Of a stretch of 64,000 bases of DNA, positions 1 through 13,200 are shown in pieces. The stretch comes from Octopus bimaculoides. Lineage: Eukaryota. The DNA is taken from positions 181,550,884-181,614,883 of the forward strand of contig NC_068981.1 in the NCBI RefSeq assembly GCF_001194135.2, read 5' to 3'. Every line of letters starts with the position of its first letter. The stretch's first letter is position 1. Below the pieces are notes generated by a model. The model made no database searches, was not told the DNA's origin, and worked only from the letters and a program-made list of their open reading frames with translations. The translations under genes were made by a program, and so were the position numbers.

Positions 1-230
1 GGCACATAAAAGACACCATTTCGAGCGTGGCCGTTTTCGTGCGGGTGACACGTAAAAGCACCCACTACACTCTCTGAGTGGTTGGCGTTAGGAAGGGCAT
101 CCAGCTGTAGAAACTCTGCCAAATTAGACTGGAGCCTGGTGTTGCCATCCGGTTTCACCAGTCCTCAGTCAAATCGTCCAACCCATGCTAGCATGGAAAG
201 CGGACGTTAAACGATGATGATGATGATGAT
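1..230 (+). mobile_element. 3' end of an abundant (GAT)n-tailed retroposon (5'-truncated LINE 3' UTR or SINE); about 20 copies in the window
   Basis: Core gagtggttggcgttaggaagggcatccagctgtagaaactctgcc...catggaaagcggacgttaaacgatgatgatg recurs at, for example, 7140-7330(-), 8810-8985(-), 9470-9720(-), 14180-14555(+), 26578-26755(+), 42575-42840(-), 47360-47525(-), 53745-54110(-), 56670-56930(+) and 60820-61035(+), with variable 5' ends. Confidence 0.85.
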
Positions 231-338
231 ATATAAGGAGTGGCTGTGTGGTAAGTAGCTTGCTTACCAACCACATGATTCCCGGGTTCAGTCCCATTGT
301 GTGGCACCTTGGGCAAGTATCTTCTATAGCCTCGGGCT

Positions 339-1403
339 AAAACACTCTCCAGTTCCTGTGATGATGGTGGAGGATATCAACTCCTTACTTGTTTTTCTAA
401 AATGCACCATAAATGTTCAATAATATTGAGATCTGGGGACTGTGATGGTCAGATAAGATGTTCAACTTCACTAGACTGTTCCTCATGGCATTCAGTAACA
501 ATTTTAGCTGTGTGAATTGGTGCATCATCCTCCTGAAAGATCGAGTTTCTCTCCGGAAACATGCAACCATAGGATGAATTTGATCAGATAAAATGCTTAG
601 TCTTGACTATTAATTCTGCGATGAAGGGAAACCCTTCCAAGATATAGCGCCCCAGATCATCACAGATCCTCCTCCATGTTTAACAGTTTAGGTCAAATGT
701 TTCTTTTGGCTGTCTCCACACGTATACTCGGCCGGTGGTCAGAAATAAGGTAAAGGATGAATTGTTCGAGAAAATAACATTCTTCCACCGCTCTAAGGAC
801 CAATTCTGTAGGTTTTTACTCCACTCCAAACGCTTTGCAATGTTTGTTTTTGAAAGTAGTGGTTTTCTGATTGCAGCCCTCCCGGGAACTCCAGCTTTGT
901 GCAGCTCCCGGCGAACAGTTTTTATGGAGACTGGGTTCTCGAGGTGGTCATTTAGCTCTGCAGTAATTTTGAGACCTGTACTTTTGTGATCCTTTCTAAC
1001 AATTCATGTAAGAGTCCAACGGTTCCTACATGAAAGTTTTGGTTTTCTTCCGGAGTTCTGTTTTGACGAGGACCTTTTTCCCTCTTTCTCAAAGGCTGTC
1101 ATTACTTTTGAGACAGTACTTCTTGATACACCAAACATTTTGGCTGTTTTCGGTATGCTAGCACCTGCCATACAAGCACCAACAATTTGACCCCTTTGAA
1201 AGTCCAATAGATCTGTCATTTTAATGAATTTTAATTACCTTTTTCTGATAATATCTGAAAAGAAACAGCAATTTTAGCAAAGCATATTAAGCAACACCAA
1301 TAATAAATAAAAACACATAAAAATAAACAAGCTTTTGACGGTTTTATAGATATTTCAAAATTATGATGCTATGATGCTAGGTGTTTTCATTATTTTGTCC
1401 AAC
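339..1403 (-). mobile_element. Degenerate Tc1-family DNA transposon with transposase pseudogene
   Basis: ATG at 1219 (MTDLLDFQRGQIVGAC...GVSRSTVSKV, an HTH), then WKNVIFSNNS (decayed SDES), KHGGGSVMIWG, FQEDDAPIH and SPDLNIIEHLW, with stops and deletions. TIR remnant gttggacaaaataatgaaaacacct at 1403-1379. Both ends are cut by SINEs. Confidence 0.9.
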
Positions 1404-1883
1404 AAAAGAGACCGATAGAATAAGTACTAGGTTTACAAAGAGTAAGTCCTGGGGTTGATTTGCTTGACTAAAGGTGGTGCTCCAGCATGGCTGTAGTCAA
1501 ATGACTGAAACAAATAAGAGAATATCTATCTATGTCTCTCTATCTCTCTCTCTCTCTCTCTCTNNNNNNNNNNNNNNNNNNNNNNNNNNNNNNNNNNNNN
1601 NNNNNNNNNNNNNNNNNNNNNNNNNNNNNNNNNNNNNNNNNNNNNNNNNNNNNNNNNNNNNNNNNNNNNNNNNNNNNNNNNNNNNNNNNNNNNNNNNNNN
1701 NNNNNNNNNNNNNNNNNNNNNNNNNNNNNNNNNNNNNNNNNNNNNNNNNNNNNNNNNNNNNNNNNNNNNNNNNNNNNNNNNNNNNNNNNNNNNNNNNNNN
1801 NNNNNNNNNNNNNNNNNNNNNNNNNNNNNNNNNNNNNNNNNNNNNNNNNNNNNNNNNNNNNNNNNNNNNNNNNNNNNNNNNNN

Positions 1884-1928
<45 letters not shown>

Positions 1929-2837
1929 GTACATCTCTATCGCTCTATATATAGATATGTGAGTGTATCTTTGTGTCCATGTGTCCCTCACTTGGTGTGG
2001 TTATGTTCCTGTAACTTAGTGGCTCAGCAAAAGAGACCCACAATAAATACCAGCCTTAAAAAAAAATTAAATGTAAGTCCTGGGGTTGAGTCATTCAACT
2101 AAAAGTTCTTCGTGGCAGTGCCCCAGCATGGCCGCAGTCTACTAACTGAAACAAGTAAGATTCATATTCCTCTAAATACTCTGCACACTATTATGAGTGC
2201 ATAATGGCAGCCACCTCCACCTAACACATGCATAAAGGGAATGCTACTATCCACGTTAAGATCCTCTACTGCAGATAATCAAAAAAACTAACCAACAGTC
2301 TTTGTAACATCTCCTCCTCCACTTTTATCTATGCAGTGATGTTGGTTTCAAATATTTGGCACAAGGCCAGCAATTTTGGGGGCGAATGGGTCAGTCGATG
2401 TAATCGACCCCATTGTTCAACTGGCACTTATTTTATTGACCCTAAAAGGAAGGCAAAGCCAACCTTGATGGAATTTGAACTCAGATCATTAAGATGGACA
2501 AAATGCCACTAAGCATTTTGTCTGGGGTGCTAATGATACCATGAGTTGAAATACTGGTTTAAAATTTTGGCAGAGGGCCAGCAATTTTAGAGTGGATGCT
2601 GAGTCGAATATATCAACCACAGTATTCAGCTGGTACTTAATTTACTGACCCCAAAAGGAGGAAAGGGAAAGTCGACTTTGGTAGAATTTGAACTCAGAAC
2701 ATAAAGACAGACGAAATTGCTGCTAAGCATTGTGCCCAACATGCTAACAATCTTACCAGCTTGCTGTCCTATATCAATATCAATGCAGTAATATTAAAAG
2801 ATCAAACAATGACATTCTACTTTACTAATTCTTTATG

Positions 2838-2871
<34 letters not shown>

Positions 2872-3827
2872 AACAAACAGAGACGGAGAGAGAAACAGAA
2901 GATTGACCTGTTAATGATAAAGTTGAAAATGTTCAGAAAAAGTTTGTAAGTTAAACTGGTTTGTACAAGTAATTCTCACAGTGAACTGATACAAGTGACC
3001 CTTTGGCAAAAAGATACAATGATAGCGTGAGAATTTCACAACTTCAGTGTTCTTTGTTCCTGCTTTGCTGAGATGGTTGCATGTGAATTATTTTGATTGA
3101 TATATCCTGGCTTATTTCATGCACAGCCACTTCAGGATATCACAATAAAGAAGAAAAAAAAAAAAAAGAATGCCATGGTACCACTGTGATTAATTTCAAA
3201 ATATTTGCTCCAGTCCACAGGAAGGAGTGCTGTCTTCTTTCTGTGTCTATTCTATCACTATCATAACAGCATTTCTCCTCCTTTCAAACTCAGCAAATAA
3301 ACAAAAATATAAAATTTGTGATAACCACTAAAGAACATAAAAACAACCCATGAGAAAAGTAGAGTAATTTGCTGGAAGCAAATCTACTAAAACAAATTGT
3401 GACTCACATCACCATTATTATTTTATGTTTATTTTCCATGCTGGCCTAGGTCACATAGTTTGATGGAGTTCAATGACCTGCAGAGCTGCATGAGGGCCCA
3501 AACTCAGCTTTGGCATGATTTCTACAGATGGATGCCCTTCCTGATACCAACCATTTTACAGTGTGTACTGGGTGGTTTTTGTTCATGATACTGGCACACG
3601 TGAGGTCACCAAGTGACTTACAGGATAAAGTAAAGAAAGGGAAAAAGCCATCTCGATTGAGTGGGAATGTATTTGAGAGACTAAAGTGTGACAGAGGGAC
3701 AAGTGAGGGTGGGTGAGAGTAGCTGGAAGGGAGATAAAGATGGTGCTGCCAGGGTACGAGAGCATACTTTCAAAGTATAAGAAGTGAAGTTAAGAAAACT
3801 CTAGTATTACTATAAACAAGCACTTAC

Positions 3828-3937
3828 CATTTCTATGTTATCCAACTGTTTAGTTAAGTCAATGTACTGACATATCAGTTTTAATAACTCAGCCAAAGTA
3901 GCCAACACTGGTAGTGACTCTATGGAAATAGGAGCCT
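3828..3937 (-). CDS. TEX10: TEX10 coding exon 4 (APISIESLPVLATLAELLKLICQYIDLTKQLDNIEM)
   Basis: Not in the ORF track. Acceptor gtttctatttcag, donor ATG|gtaagt, open in the phase required by exon 3. Helical leucine-rich peptide with weak positional similarity to TEX10. Confidence 0.7.
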
Positions 3938-6900
3938 CTGAAATAGAAACATAAAGCATAAACAGATTATATTCTATCCTAAATATTTTAACAAAGAAGT
4001 AAAATATTAGGTAAACTCTGGAATCTAAGTGAAATGGTGACAGTCTGCATGGATGAAGATTTAGTCAATCCAGTATTGTGTCCAACGTAACTCTTCCATG
4101 CCAGATATCTCACATAAAGAGGCATGACTGCCTGGCTTGGCTTTTAGTCACATTGGTCTTTTGATGAAATATCTCATCTGCACATGCCATGACTACAGGT
4201 GATAGCAGTCATTTGTTAACTGAATTGGCTGATCCTGGCCCTTGACAGTTTGTTGATAGTTCATTTGCTCAGCATCTAGTGATATTCACCATCCACTCAA
4301 TAAGTTCATCTGCAAAAATAGTTCACATCCACCTTGCTGCATTCCACAATTTCAACACATCCTAGCTTGGGTGGTTACATGCTATTTCACCCATAAATGG
4401 GACCCTCACAGCTGCTACCACTCCAGATCAGAGTGTACTTGGGGAAAATAGTGGCTAAGAGGTGGTTCCACACTCTTTAAAACCCTGGAATTTCTGAACT
4501 AGGGTCCCTCTACTGGACACAGTTTAAAGTCAACAAACTGTTATGGGAAAGTTGGATAGGATCAATGAAATATTATAGGTAGGACTCAAGACTTGTCTGT
4601 TCAAACTTCAAACTTAAAATACAGGTAATCTTTTAGATGCATAAATTTAATTTTTATCTCTATTTCTTTTGTATATGTTAGTTTTAGTTTTGATTGTTCA
4701 TACAGACGGTCCTCAAGATTTGTCTGTCCAAATTTCATACAACTCACGTTTTCAAAAGGCCAAGTTGTATGAAAATTGAATGTATGCGTCTTGAGAACTG
4801 TCTGTATATCAACAAAGAAAAGATATATTTTTCAGAGACTTAAATATATTTCCTTAGATTCAACTTACAATGAAAGTAAACAAAGTTTGCTTTAGAAGCA
4901 TTGAGATGTATTGAAAGAGGAGAACAAATTATTTCCTTATCTGTACATTTCCTAAAGTTTTCATTAGATAATGTAAATAAGATGTGAAAGGACAGAACTT
5001 TAAGTGTAAAACTCAAGAACATTACAGCAGTATGGTAAAGAACGATGGAATATTCAAAAGTAGGTAGATTTTGATTAGATTTAGTAATGACTTTCAAGCA
5101 GATACAAACAAAATGTAGAATTCAGTAACAGTCATTCACCTGAGTCATAACATATTAGAAGACAGTGGGAAGGAATTATGTCCTGTCATCACTATCATAT
5201 TATATTCATTTTCCATGCTGGCATGAGTTGGAGGTGTTGTCATAATTTGAATCAGTTGTTATTCAGAGTGACTGTCCTCTTTAACAGGTCAAGGGACCAG
5301 GTCTTGCTCATAGGTTCCATTTTGGTTTGGTTTCAATGGATGGTTACCCTTCTTAACACCAACCTTTTATCAGAGTGTGCTGGGTGCAATTTATCAAGAA
5401 ACTAGCACTAGAAAGATTATTAATTTCTTGACAGGACAAGACTAACAGGTCTTCTTGCTCCTACATTTTCCTTGCTTGTTCAGCAATCACCACTGCTGAC
5501 TAAGGTCTAATTTACAGAGTTCAACAATATTAGGTTAATGAGAGATTGCGAGTCTTAAATCTGCTAACAGAAATAACTTAATGACTTGTGGTGAAAAATC
5601 TTATCGCTTAGGACAAAAAAATTATTTTTCTCTGGAATGATGAAATGAATTGTTCCAGAATAAAAACACTTTGTGCTGACACCTCATAAAAAGCACCCTT
5701 GCTGGTGCTACATGAAAAGCACCGTTGCTGGTCCCACATGAAAAGCCCCCTTGCTGGCCCCACATGAAAAGCCCTCTTGCTGGTCCCACATGAAAAGCCC
5801 CCCTTGCTGGTCCCACATGAAAAGCACCCTTGCTGGTCGCACATGAAAAGCACCCTTGCTGGTCGCACATGAAAAGCACTCTTGCTGGTCCCACATGGAA
5901 AGCATCCTTGCTGGTCCCACATGGAAAGCACCCTTGCTGGTCTCACATGAAAAGCCCCCCTTGCTGGTCCCACATGAAAGCCCCCCTTGCTGGTCCCTCA
6001 TGAAAAGCCCCCCTTGCTGGTCCTACATGAAAAGCACCCTTGCNNNNNNNNNNNNNNNNNNNNNATGAAAAGCCCCCCTTGCTGGTCCCACATGAAAGCC
6101 CCCCTTGCTGGTCCCTCATGAAAAGCCCCCCTTGCTGGTCCTACATGAAAAGCACCCTTGCCGGTCCCACATGAAAAGCTCCCTTGCCGGTCCCATATGA
6201 AAAACCCCCCTTGCTGGTTCCACATAAGCACCCGTGCTGGCATCTGTAAAAAACACCATATACACTCTGTAAAGTGGTTAGGAAGGACATCCAGCCATAG
6301 AAACCATGCCAAGACAGTTGACTAGAGCCTGGTACAGCCTTCCAGCTCCTGTCAAACTGTCCAACCCATGCCAGCATAGTAAACAAACATTAAATGACGA
6401 TGATGATGATGATTTTGCATTAAGCTTTTCATGAGTTCGTTATTTAGAAAGGTATGGAATAAGATATACAAAACTAAATTAACCACTTCATTTGTTATCA
6501 ATACTGATCTTTACCCACAAAATTATCCCTCCTACCCCACCACCATACATTTCACTCTTTTCATACACACCTGCAACCTACCAAACAACATGTCAGTTCT
6601 CTTTCAACGCTCCTGTTTATTCTCATTTCTTTTCTGCTGCCACACACTATCAGACATTCCCCCCCCTACTACTATCCTTGCCATGCCACTCCTGGCACCC
6701 CCTGCCCACTCTGTAAGTTGAAAGTAAACAGTGACATCTGTCATTATTTATAGGAACTTCACAACTCCACCCCTACCATCCTCGCTTCTAAAATAGTCTT
6801 TTAACTCCTCTACTGCAAGAAACCTATTCAGCTCTATCTCTCTTCTCTCATACTATACCCCTCGCTACTCCTCACTCTCGTAGCATAGAGTTTCTCCTCT

Positions 6901-9900
6901 CCACTTGGAGTGTGTAGTTTTGCAAGCTGCTCGATGACCTCACAAGTGTTGGCAGTACGAAAAAAGCACCAGTATACACTGCAAAGTGATTGGCATTGGG
7001 AAGAACAGCCAGGCATAGAGACCATGCCAAACAGACACTAAAGCATAATACACTCATTAGATTTTATCAAACTGTCTGATCCATGCCAGCATGAAAAGTG
7101 GACATTAAATGACGATGTAACTGTCGATTTCTTAAATTACATCACCATCGTTTACCATCTGCTTTCCATGCTGACATGGGTTGGACGTTTTGACTAAGAA
7201 CAGGCAAGCCAGGAGGCTGCACCAGGCTCAAGTCCAATTTGGCAAGGTTTCTACAGCTAGATGCCCTTCCTAACGCCAACCACTCCGAGAGTGTAGTGGG
7301 TGCTTTTACGTGCCACCGGCATGGGAGCCAGTCAGGGGGCATTGGCGTCAACCATGCTCAGATGGTGTTTTTTATGTGCCACCGGCATGGGAGCCAGTCA
7401 GACTGCACTGGCATCAGCCGCACCCAAATGGTGCTTTTGTAATGTCCTATTGAATGACATATGAACTGAAATACAAGTCCAATGAACCAATTATTGGTTG
7501 CTATCAAGAGAAATATAATGGAATTCAGATTGTAGTTTTGATGGAGATTTAATGTTTGCAGGCTATCTATCATAAACCACCTTGAGAAAGCGTCTTCCAC
7601 TATAGCCTTGAGCCAACACAGCTTTCTGAACAGGTCTGATAGATGGAAACTGAAAGAAGCTTGTTGTATGTGCATGTCTTTCCTTCTCTCAATATCATGT
7701 GATAGGTGTAATCAAGCATCACCATCACACAAGCGCTGTCCTTTGTTTCCAATCTCCTATGAAAACATGTCCAGCCAAATATTACCCTCCTTGGAAACAG
7801 GTGAGGATTAGCAATACAAAGGGTATCTGGCCATAGAAAATCTGCCTCAACAAATTCTTTCTGACTGATGCAAGAATGGAAATGTGAATGTTAAAATGAT
7901 GATTATAAACAGCATTGGAGAACGAACACATGATAATGATGATGGGTGTATGTACATATATGTAAATGTGTGTGTGTGTGTGTGTGTGTCTCTTGGTGTG
8001 ACATCACATAAAAGTTGTAGACAAGTATCATTGTCATACAAGGGGTGTCATTCAGTTCCAATCTCCCATAAAAACAGGTCTGGTCACATAAAGATATTAC
8101 CTTGTTGGGAAACGAAGGTGGGCAAAGAAAAGGTATCCAAAAGAAAATCTGCCTCAACTAATTTTGTCCGATCCGTGCAAGCATGGAAAAGTGGAAGTCA
8201 AAGCAATGATGATAGTATGATCATCATCTTCTATCTTTTACTTGTTTCAGTCATTAGACTGCGGCCATGCTGGGGCATTGCCTTGAAGAATTTTTAGTTG
8301 ACTGAATTCACCCCAATGCTTATTTTTTTTTTAAAGCCCAGTATTTATTCTATTGGGTTTTTTTATATACTACTAAGTTATGGGGGGATGTAAACACACC
8401 AACACCAGTTGTCGAGCAGTGGTAGGGGACAAACACAGACAAACACACACATCATTTTCATCATCGTTTAACATGCACTTTCCATGCTGGCATAGGATGG
8501 ATGGTTTGACTGAGGTCTGGAAAGCCAGGAGGCTGCACCAGGCTCCAATCTGATCTGGCAATGTTTCTACAGCTGGATGCCCTTCCTAACACCAACCACT
8601 CTGAGAGTGTAGTGGGTGCCTTCTTACATGCCAACGGCACAGGGACCAGTCAGGCAGTACTGGCATCAACCACGCTCAAATGGTGATTTTTACGTGCCAC
8701 TGGGACGGGAGCCAATCAGGTGGCACTGGCAACGACCATGCTTGAATGGTGCTTTTTACGTGCCACTGGCACAGAAGCCCGTCATATCTATCTATCTATA
8801 TATATATATCATCATCATCATCATCATCATCATCGTTTAACGTCCGCTTTCCATGCTAGCATGGGTTGGACGATTTGACTGAGGACTGGTGAAACCGGAT
8901 GGCAACACCAGGCTCCAGTCTGATTTGGCAGAGTTTCTACAGCTGGATGCCCTTCCTAACGCCAACCACTCAGAGAGTGTAGTCTATATATATATTTTTT
9001 TTTTCTACATGATGGACTTCTTTCAGTTTCTGTTTACCTAATCTTCTATTCACAAGGCTTTGATCAGTCCAAAGCTATAGTAGAAGACAGAGTGCTGCAT
9101 GGTGGGACTGAACCCAGAACCAGGTGGTTGAGAAGCAAGTTTCTTGCCACACAGCCACGCCTGTGCCTATAACATTTACAAAAGAAAATCTTCATTGTTA
9201 ATTAGGTGTGATCTTAGTTTACATACTCCAAATCAATCCCTTTACCATACCAAAATCCAAAATGTTAAAAGACAAACAAATAATACAAACCACCACAGGC
9301 CACTTTTATTTCAGGACAGCATTCTACCCAGCATTCCAGAATCAAAGGAATTAGTGTTCTGATGAAACGCTGCACGTAAGATTTGTCCTTTAGCAGATGA
9401 CGACCACTGGAGAAGAGAAAAAAATAAAATCAATACAAATTACTATATGCATACAAAAGATTTTAAAGTTTTCATCATCATCATCGTTTAACGTCCGTTT
9501 TCCATGCTGGTATGGGTTAGACGGTTTGACAGAGGTCTGGAGAGCCAGTGGCTGCTCCAGGCTCCAATCTGATCTGGCAATGTTTCTACAGCTGGATGCC
9601 CTTCCTAATGCCAACCAATCCGAGAGTGTAGTGTGTGCTTTTTACGTGCGACTGGCACGCGAGTCAGTCAGGGGGTACTGGCATCGGCCATGTTCGGAAG
9701 GTGCTTTTTACATGCCACACACACATATCAAACTATTTCTCTCTTTCACACACACACAGGCATAGCTATGTGGTTAAAAAGTTCACTTCACAACCATGTG
9801 GTATTGAGTTCAGTCCTACTATGTGGCATCTGGGGCAAGTGTCTTCTATAGCCCAGGGATAACAAATACCCTGTGAATGAATTTGGTAGACAAAAACTGA

Positions 9901-10020
9901 ACGGAAGTCCATTATTTATATATTCATATACTAGACTTTAAGAAAACAATTGCTGAAGTCAACTTGATTGACTAAACCTTTCACAGCAGTGCTGCAGCAT
10001 GATGGTTGCAATCCAATAAC

Positions 10021-10052
<32 letters not shown>

Positions 10053-10225
10053 AGCAGCAACAGCAGGGGAGGGGAGGGGCAACCACCAAAAAGATGAAAG
10101 GTAAAGTTGACCTTGGCGGAGTTTGAACTCAGAATGTAGCAAAGGACAAAACACTGCTAAGCATTTCGCCTGGCATGCTAACAACTCTGCCAGCTTGCTG
10201 CCTTTATAATAATCATTATCATCAT

Positions 10226-10258
<33 letters not shown>

Positions 10259-13200
10259 GACTTCGGTCAAACCGTCCAACCCATGCCAGCAGACGTTAAA
10301 CGATGACGATGATGAAATATGTCTATACATGTACCAGATCCTACTCTCACACCCAATGTTTTTGCAGCACTCATCTTACACCACCTCCTTTGCCAGATTT
10401 CCAACACAAGGATTATTCAGCTACTTGATAACAGAATCTTCACACATTTCATCATTTCATCCCCATTGTGCTTCTAGTTACCTCTCCCTCTCACCAGAAC
10501 TGTTTCCTTTAATACCCATCCCTCATTCTTATTATCTTTTTGCACTTATTTTCTACTGCTCACCATTTCTGTGCCTCCAGTTATCTCTCCCTCTTCTCAG
10601 AACAACATCTTAAGATTGCCATACCTCATCTTGAAACACTCTCTCATATCTGCTGTCAATACCCCATCACCTTTGTCCACTCACAATAGCCATCACTACA
10701 AACTGCTGGTCTCTGTAGTACATCTGTTTGTTTGTCTCTCTCTCTCTATTTATCTATCTACAAGCTTCCTCTGCTTTCTGATCTATCTATAAGTTTATTT
10801 TTATTGTTGCTGAATCTGAAATCACAGAATTGCATAGCAAACTTCTTAACTATAGAGCCTTATCTGCACCTACATTATCAGACTGCAATTTTAATTTAAC
10901 CCATTAACAGGTAAACCAGCGATACCTGGCCTATATATATTCTTCCTATCATATGTTCAAACTAACCAGATCTGGCCTCTCACACCTGGCAGGTACTGAC
11001 CACGTTCGGATGGTGCTTTTTACATGCTACAGGTACGGGGAGTCAGTCAGGCGACTCTGTTAGCAACACCCGCATAAATGGTACATATTGCATGCCACCA
11101 GCACTGGTAATGGCCACAACTACAATTTCCATTTGATTGTGATTTGATTTGATTTTGATTTACTTGACTCAATAGGTCTCCTCAATCACATTATCAAAAT
11201 TACAAAGCTGTGAGATAATTCATGATCAATTCCAAACAATGAGAATAAATAAGTATTACATCTAATCTGAATGCTAAAGGGTTATATATGAATAAATTAA
11301 GGGGTGTGACCTAAGAAAGCCATTCAATGTGTTTTGTCATGGAGAAAATTTCTTGCTGTAGACAAACGGTGCAAACTATGAGTTCTAATGTGCCATAAGC
11401 ATATTTGAACTGGTAATAACATTGCATTTGTATATAATTTCGACAATTTGGAGGTGAGTTGGTACTAAAAGGATTAAGCAAAATTTAATACATTTCACTA
11501 GTCATCAATTTTTCTATATGGATTGGACATATCCTCTCCCACACAGCATCTTGTCACTTGTCGAACTCCTTTGTGAGGGCCAGCTTCCGGAAATCAAGCT
11601 CTTTTCATTACTTTTGCCCATGTCTTCCTTCAAACTCTTGGTACTTCTTTACCCAGTGATCGTAACTCATGCATTTCATGTCTGTGCCAAGAGTCCTCTT
11701 TAGCACAAAACACCTGATTCTTTTTATACCCAGTTTTTCTCTCAGCTCTTCTGTGACTCTTCATTCCCAGTGTTTGATGAGATTTTACATTGCATCACAC
11801 ATCCAGAGGAGGGCGCTTGCTTCATTTCTTTCCACTGTACATCCTTTGCATTCAAAGCTCCATATCTTATTATTTGCAACATCATACTCCATGCCTAAGT
11901 ATCACACAATCTATCCTTTGTTTGCATACCATTAAATAGAAAGGATTTCAACTTAACGGTTGCAAATCACTGGCATAATATCTCAATTTTCCATAGAGAC
12001 TCACAAAATTTGAATTTTGAAAGGCAAGATTTGGTATCTTAATTATTTATATGGCTATCACCTAAATAATAAGAAACAGGCTTAAAAAGATGAACAAAAA
12101 AAAAAAAGAGACTGTACAAATCAAACATGACCAGAACCATTGTCCACCAAATTTTATCCAAGATGGACCAACAACTTTTTAGAATTTAAATGTTTCTGAT
12201 AGCTACAGAAGATTTTCATAAACATAAGATTAGTTCATTCTTTAAACAATTGGTAGATTCAAATGAAGACTTAGTTCCTTACCTTGAATTGTTTTTTTTT
12301 CTCACTTGATAAAGTTCATTCAGTCGAAGTATAACACGTTGATCCTCTTCATAGTCAGTCCATTGAATAACAACACCATTCTTACTAGAATTAGGGTGAA
12401 TTCCATTAGCTGTTAAACAGTTGGACACTGAACCATTAAGTCCTGATACTGCATGGCTATCTTCTGCAATTATTAATTCTAACATTTTAGAGATACGCTG
12501 CAAAACGCCCAATCTCCATTTGATGGAAGATAATTTGCTATTGGGGTCAACACTTAGAGAACGGGATGATTTAGAATCCATGAAATTGTTCTTAGATAAT
12601 TTACCTAAAACTTTTTTACCATGGGACTGGCGTATTAATGAAATCTGCTGTAAAAAGTTTGGTAATAGCTGGCATGAATTTTGGATGAGCTGCTTTGGAT
12701 AATGATGTAAAAGCAGATCAAGAATAGACAATGAGTGTTGCTGACGGGCTTCATCAATGTGAGTCATGGCACAGCACAGATGGGCACTTAACAGAGGAAA
12801 GAAAGGACTGAGCACGTTTTCACTGACAAATGGTAAAATGGACTTAAGCAGATGTAAGTTGGCCTGGCGGACATTACTCTCTTTATCAATGAATAGTTCA
12901 GCTATCTTCTGCATAATTTGTGATAGGTTTTCAGACAGAAGTTCAGGATAATCAACCAACAATTCTCGTAATCCATTCACGCCATCTCTGCGGATTGTAG
13001 AGTTGTAATGTTGACATTGGCTCATCAAATCCTAGGGAAACAAATAAAAAGTTTATAATAAATGTAGATTCTCTATAACCATATTTCATAGCTGAAGGAA
13101 AAAGATATTCAATGAAATAATACAGAAACTTTAATGTGTCAAAAACAAAACCTTATAATGAAAATATTACGTTTAAATTAATCAAAAAATGTACATTATT

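Noticed and set aside
1474-1991. Long ORFs across N-runs (also 17865-18681, 35465-36201, 43580-44793, 52506-53129)
   Set aside because: Artefacts of translating assembly gaps and flanking microsatellites.
3095-3150. Possible next TEX10 exon starting TGG CTG TGC ATG AAA
   Set aside because: Stop codon at the sixth codon and a poor acceptor; the next exon probably lies outside the window or in the gap.
5608-6386. Cys/Gly-rich repetitive ORFs and a CRISPR-like appearance of the array
   Set aside because: Units are head-to-tail with no unique spacers, there are no cas genes and the context is eukaryotic; the ORFs are by-products of the minisatellite.
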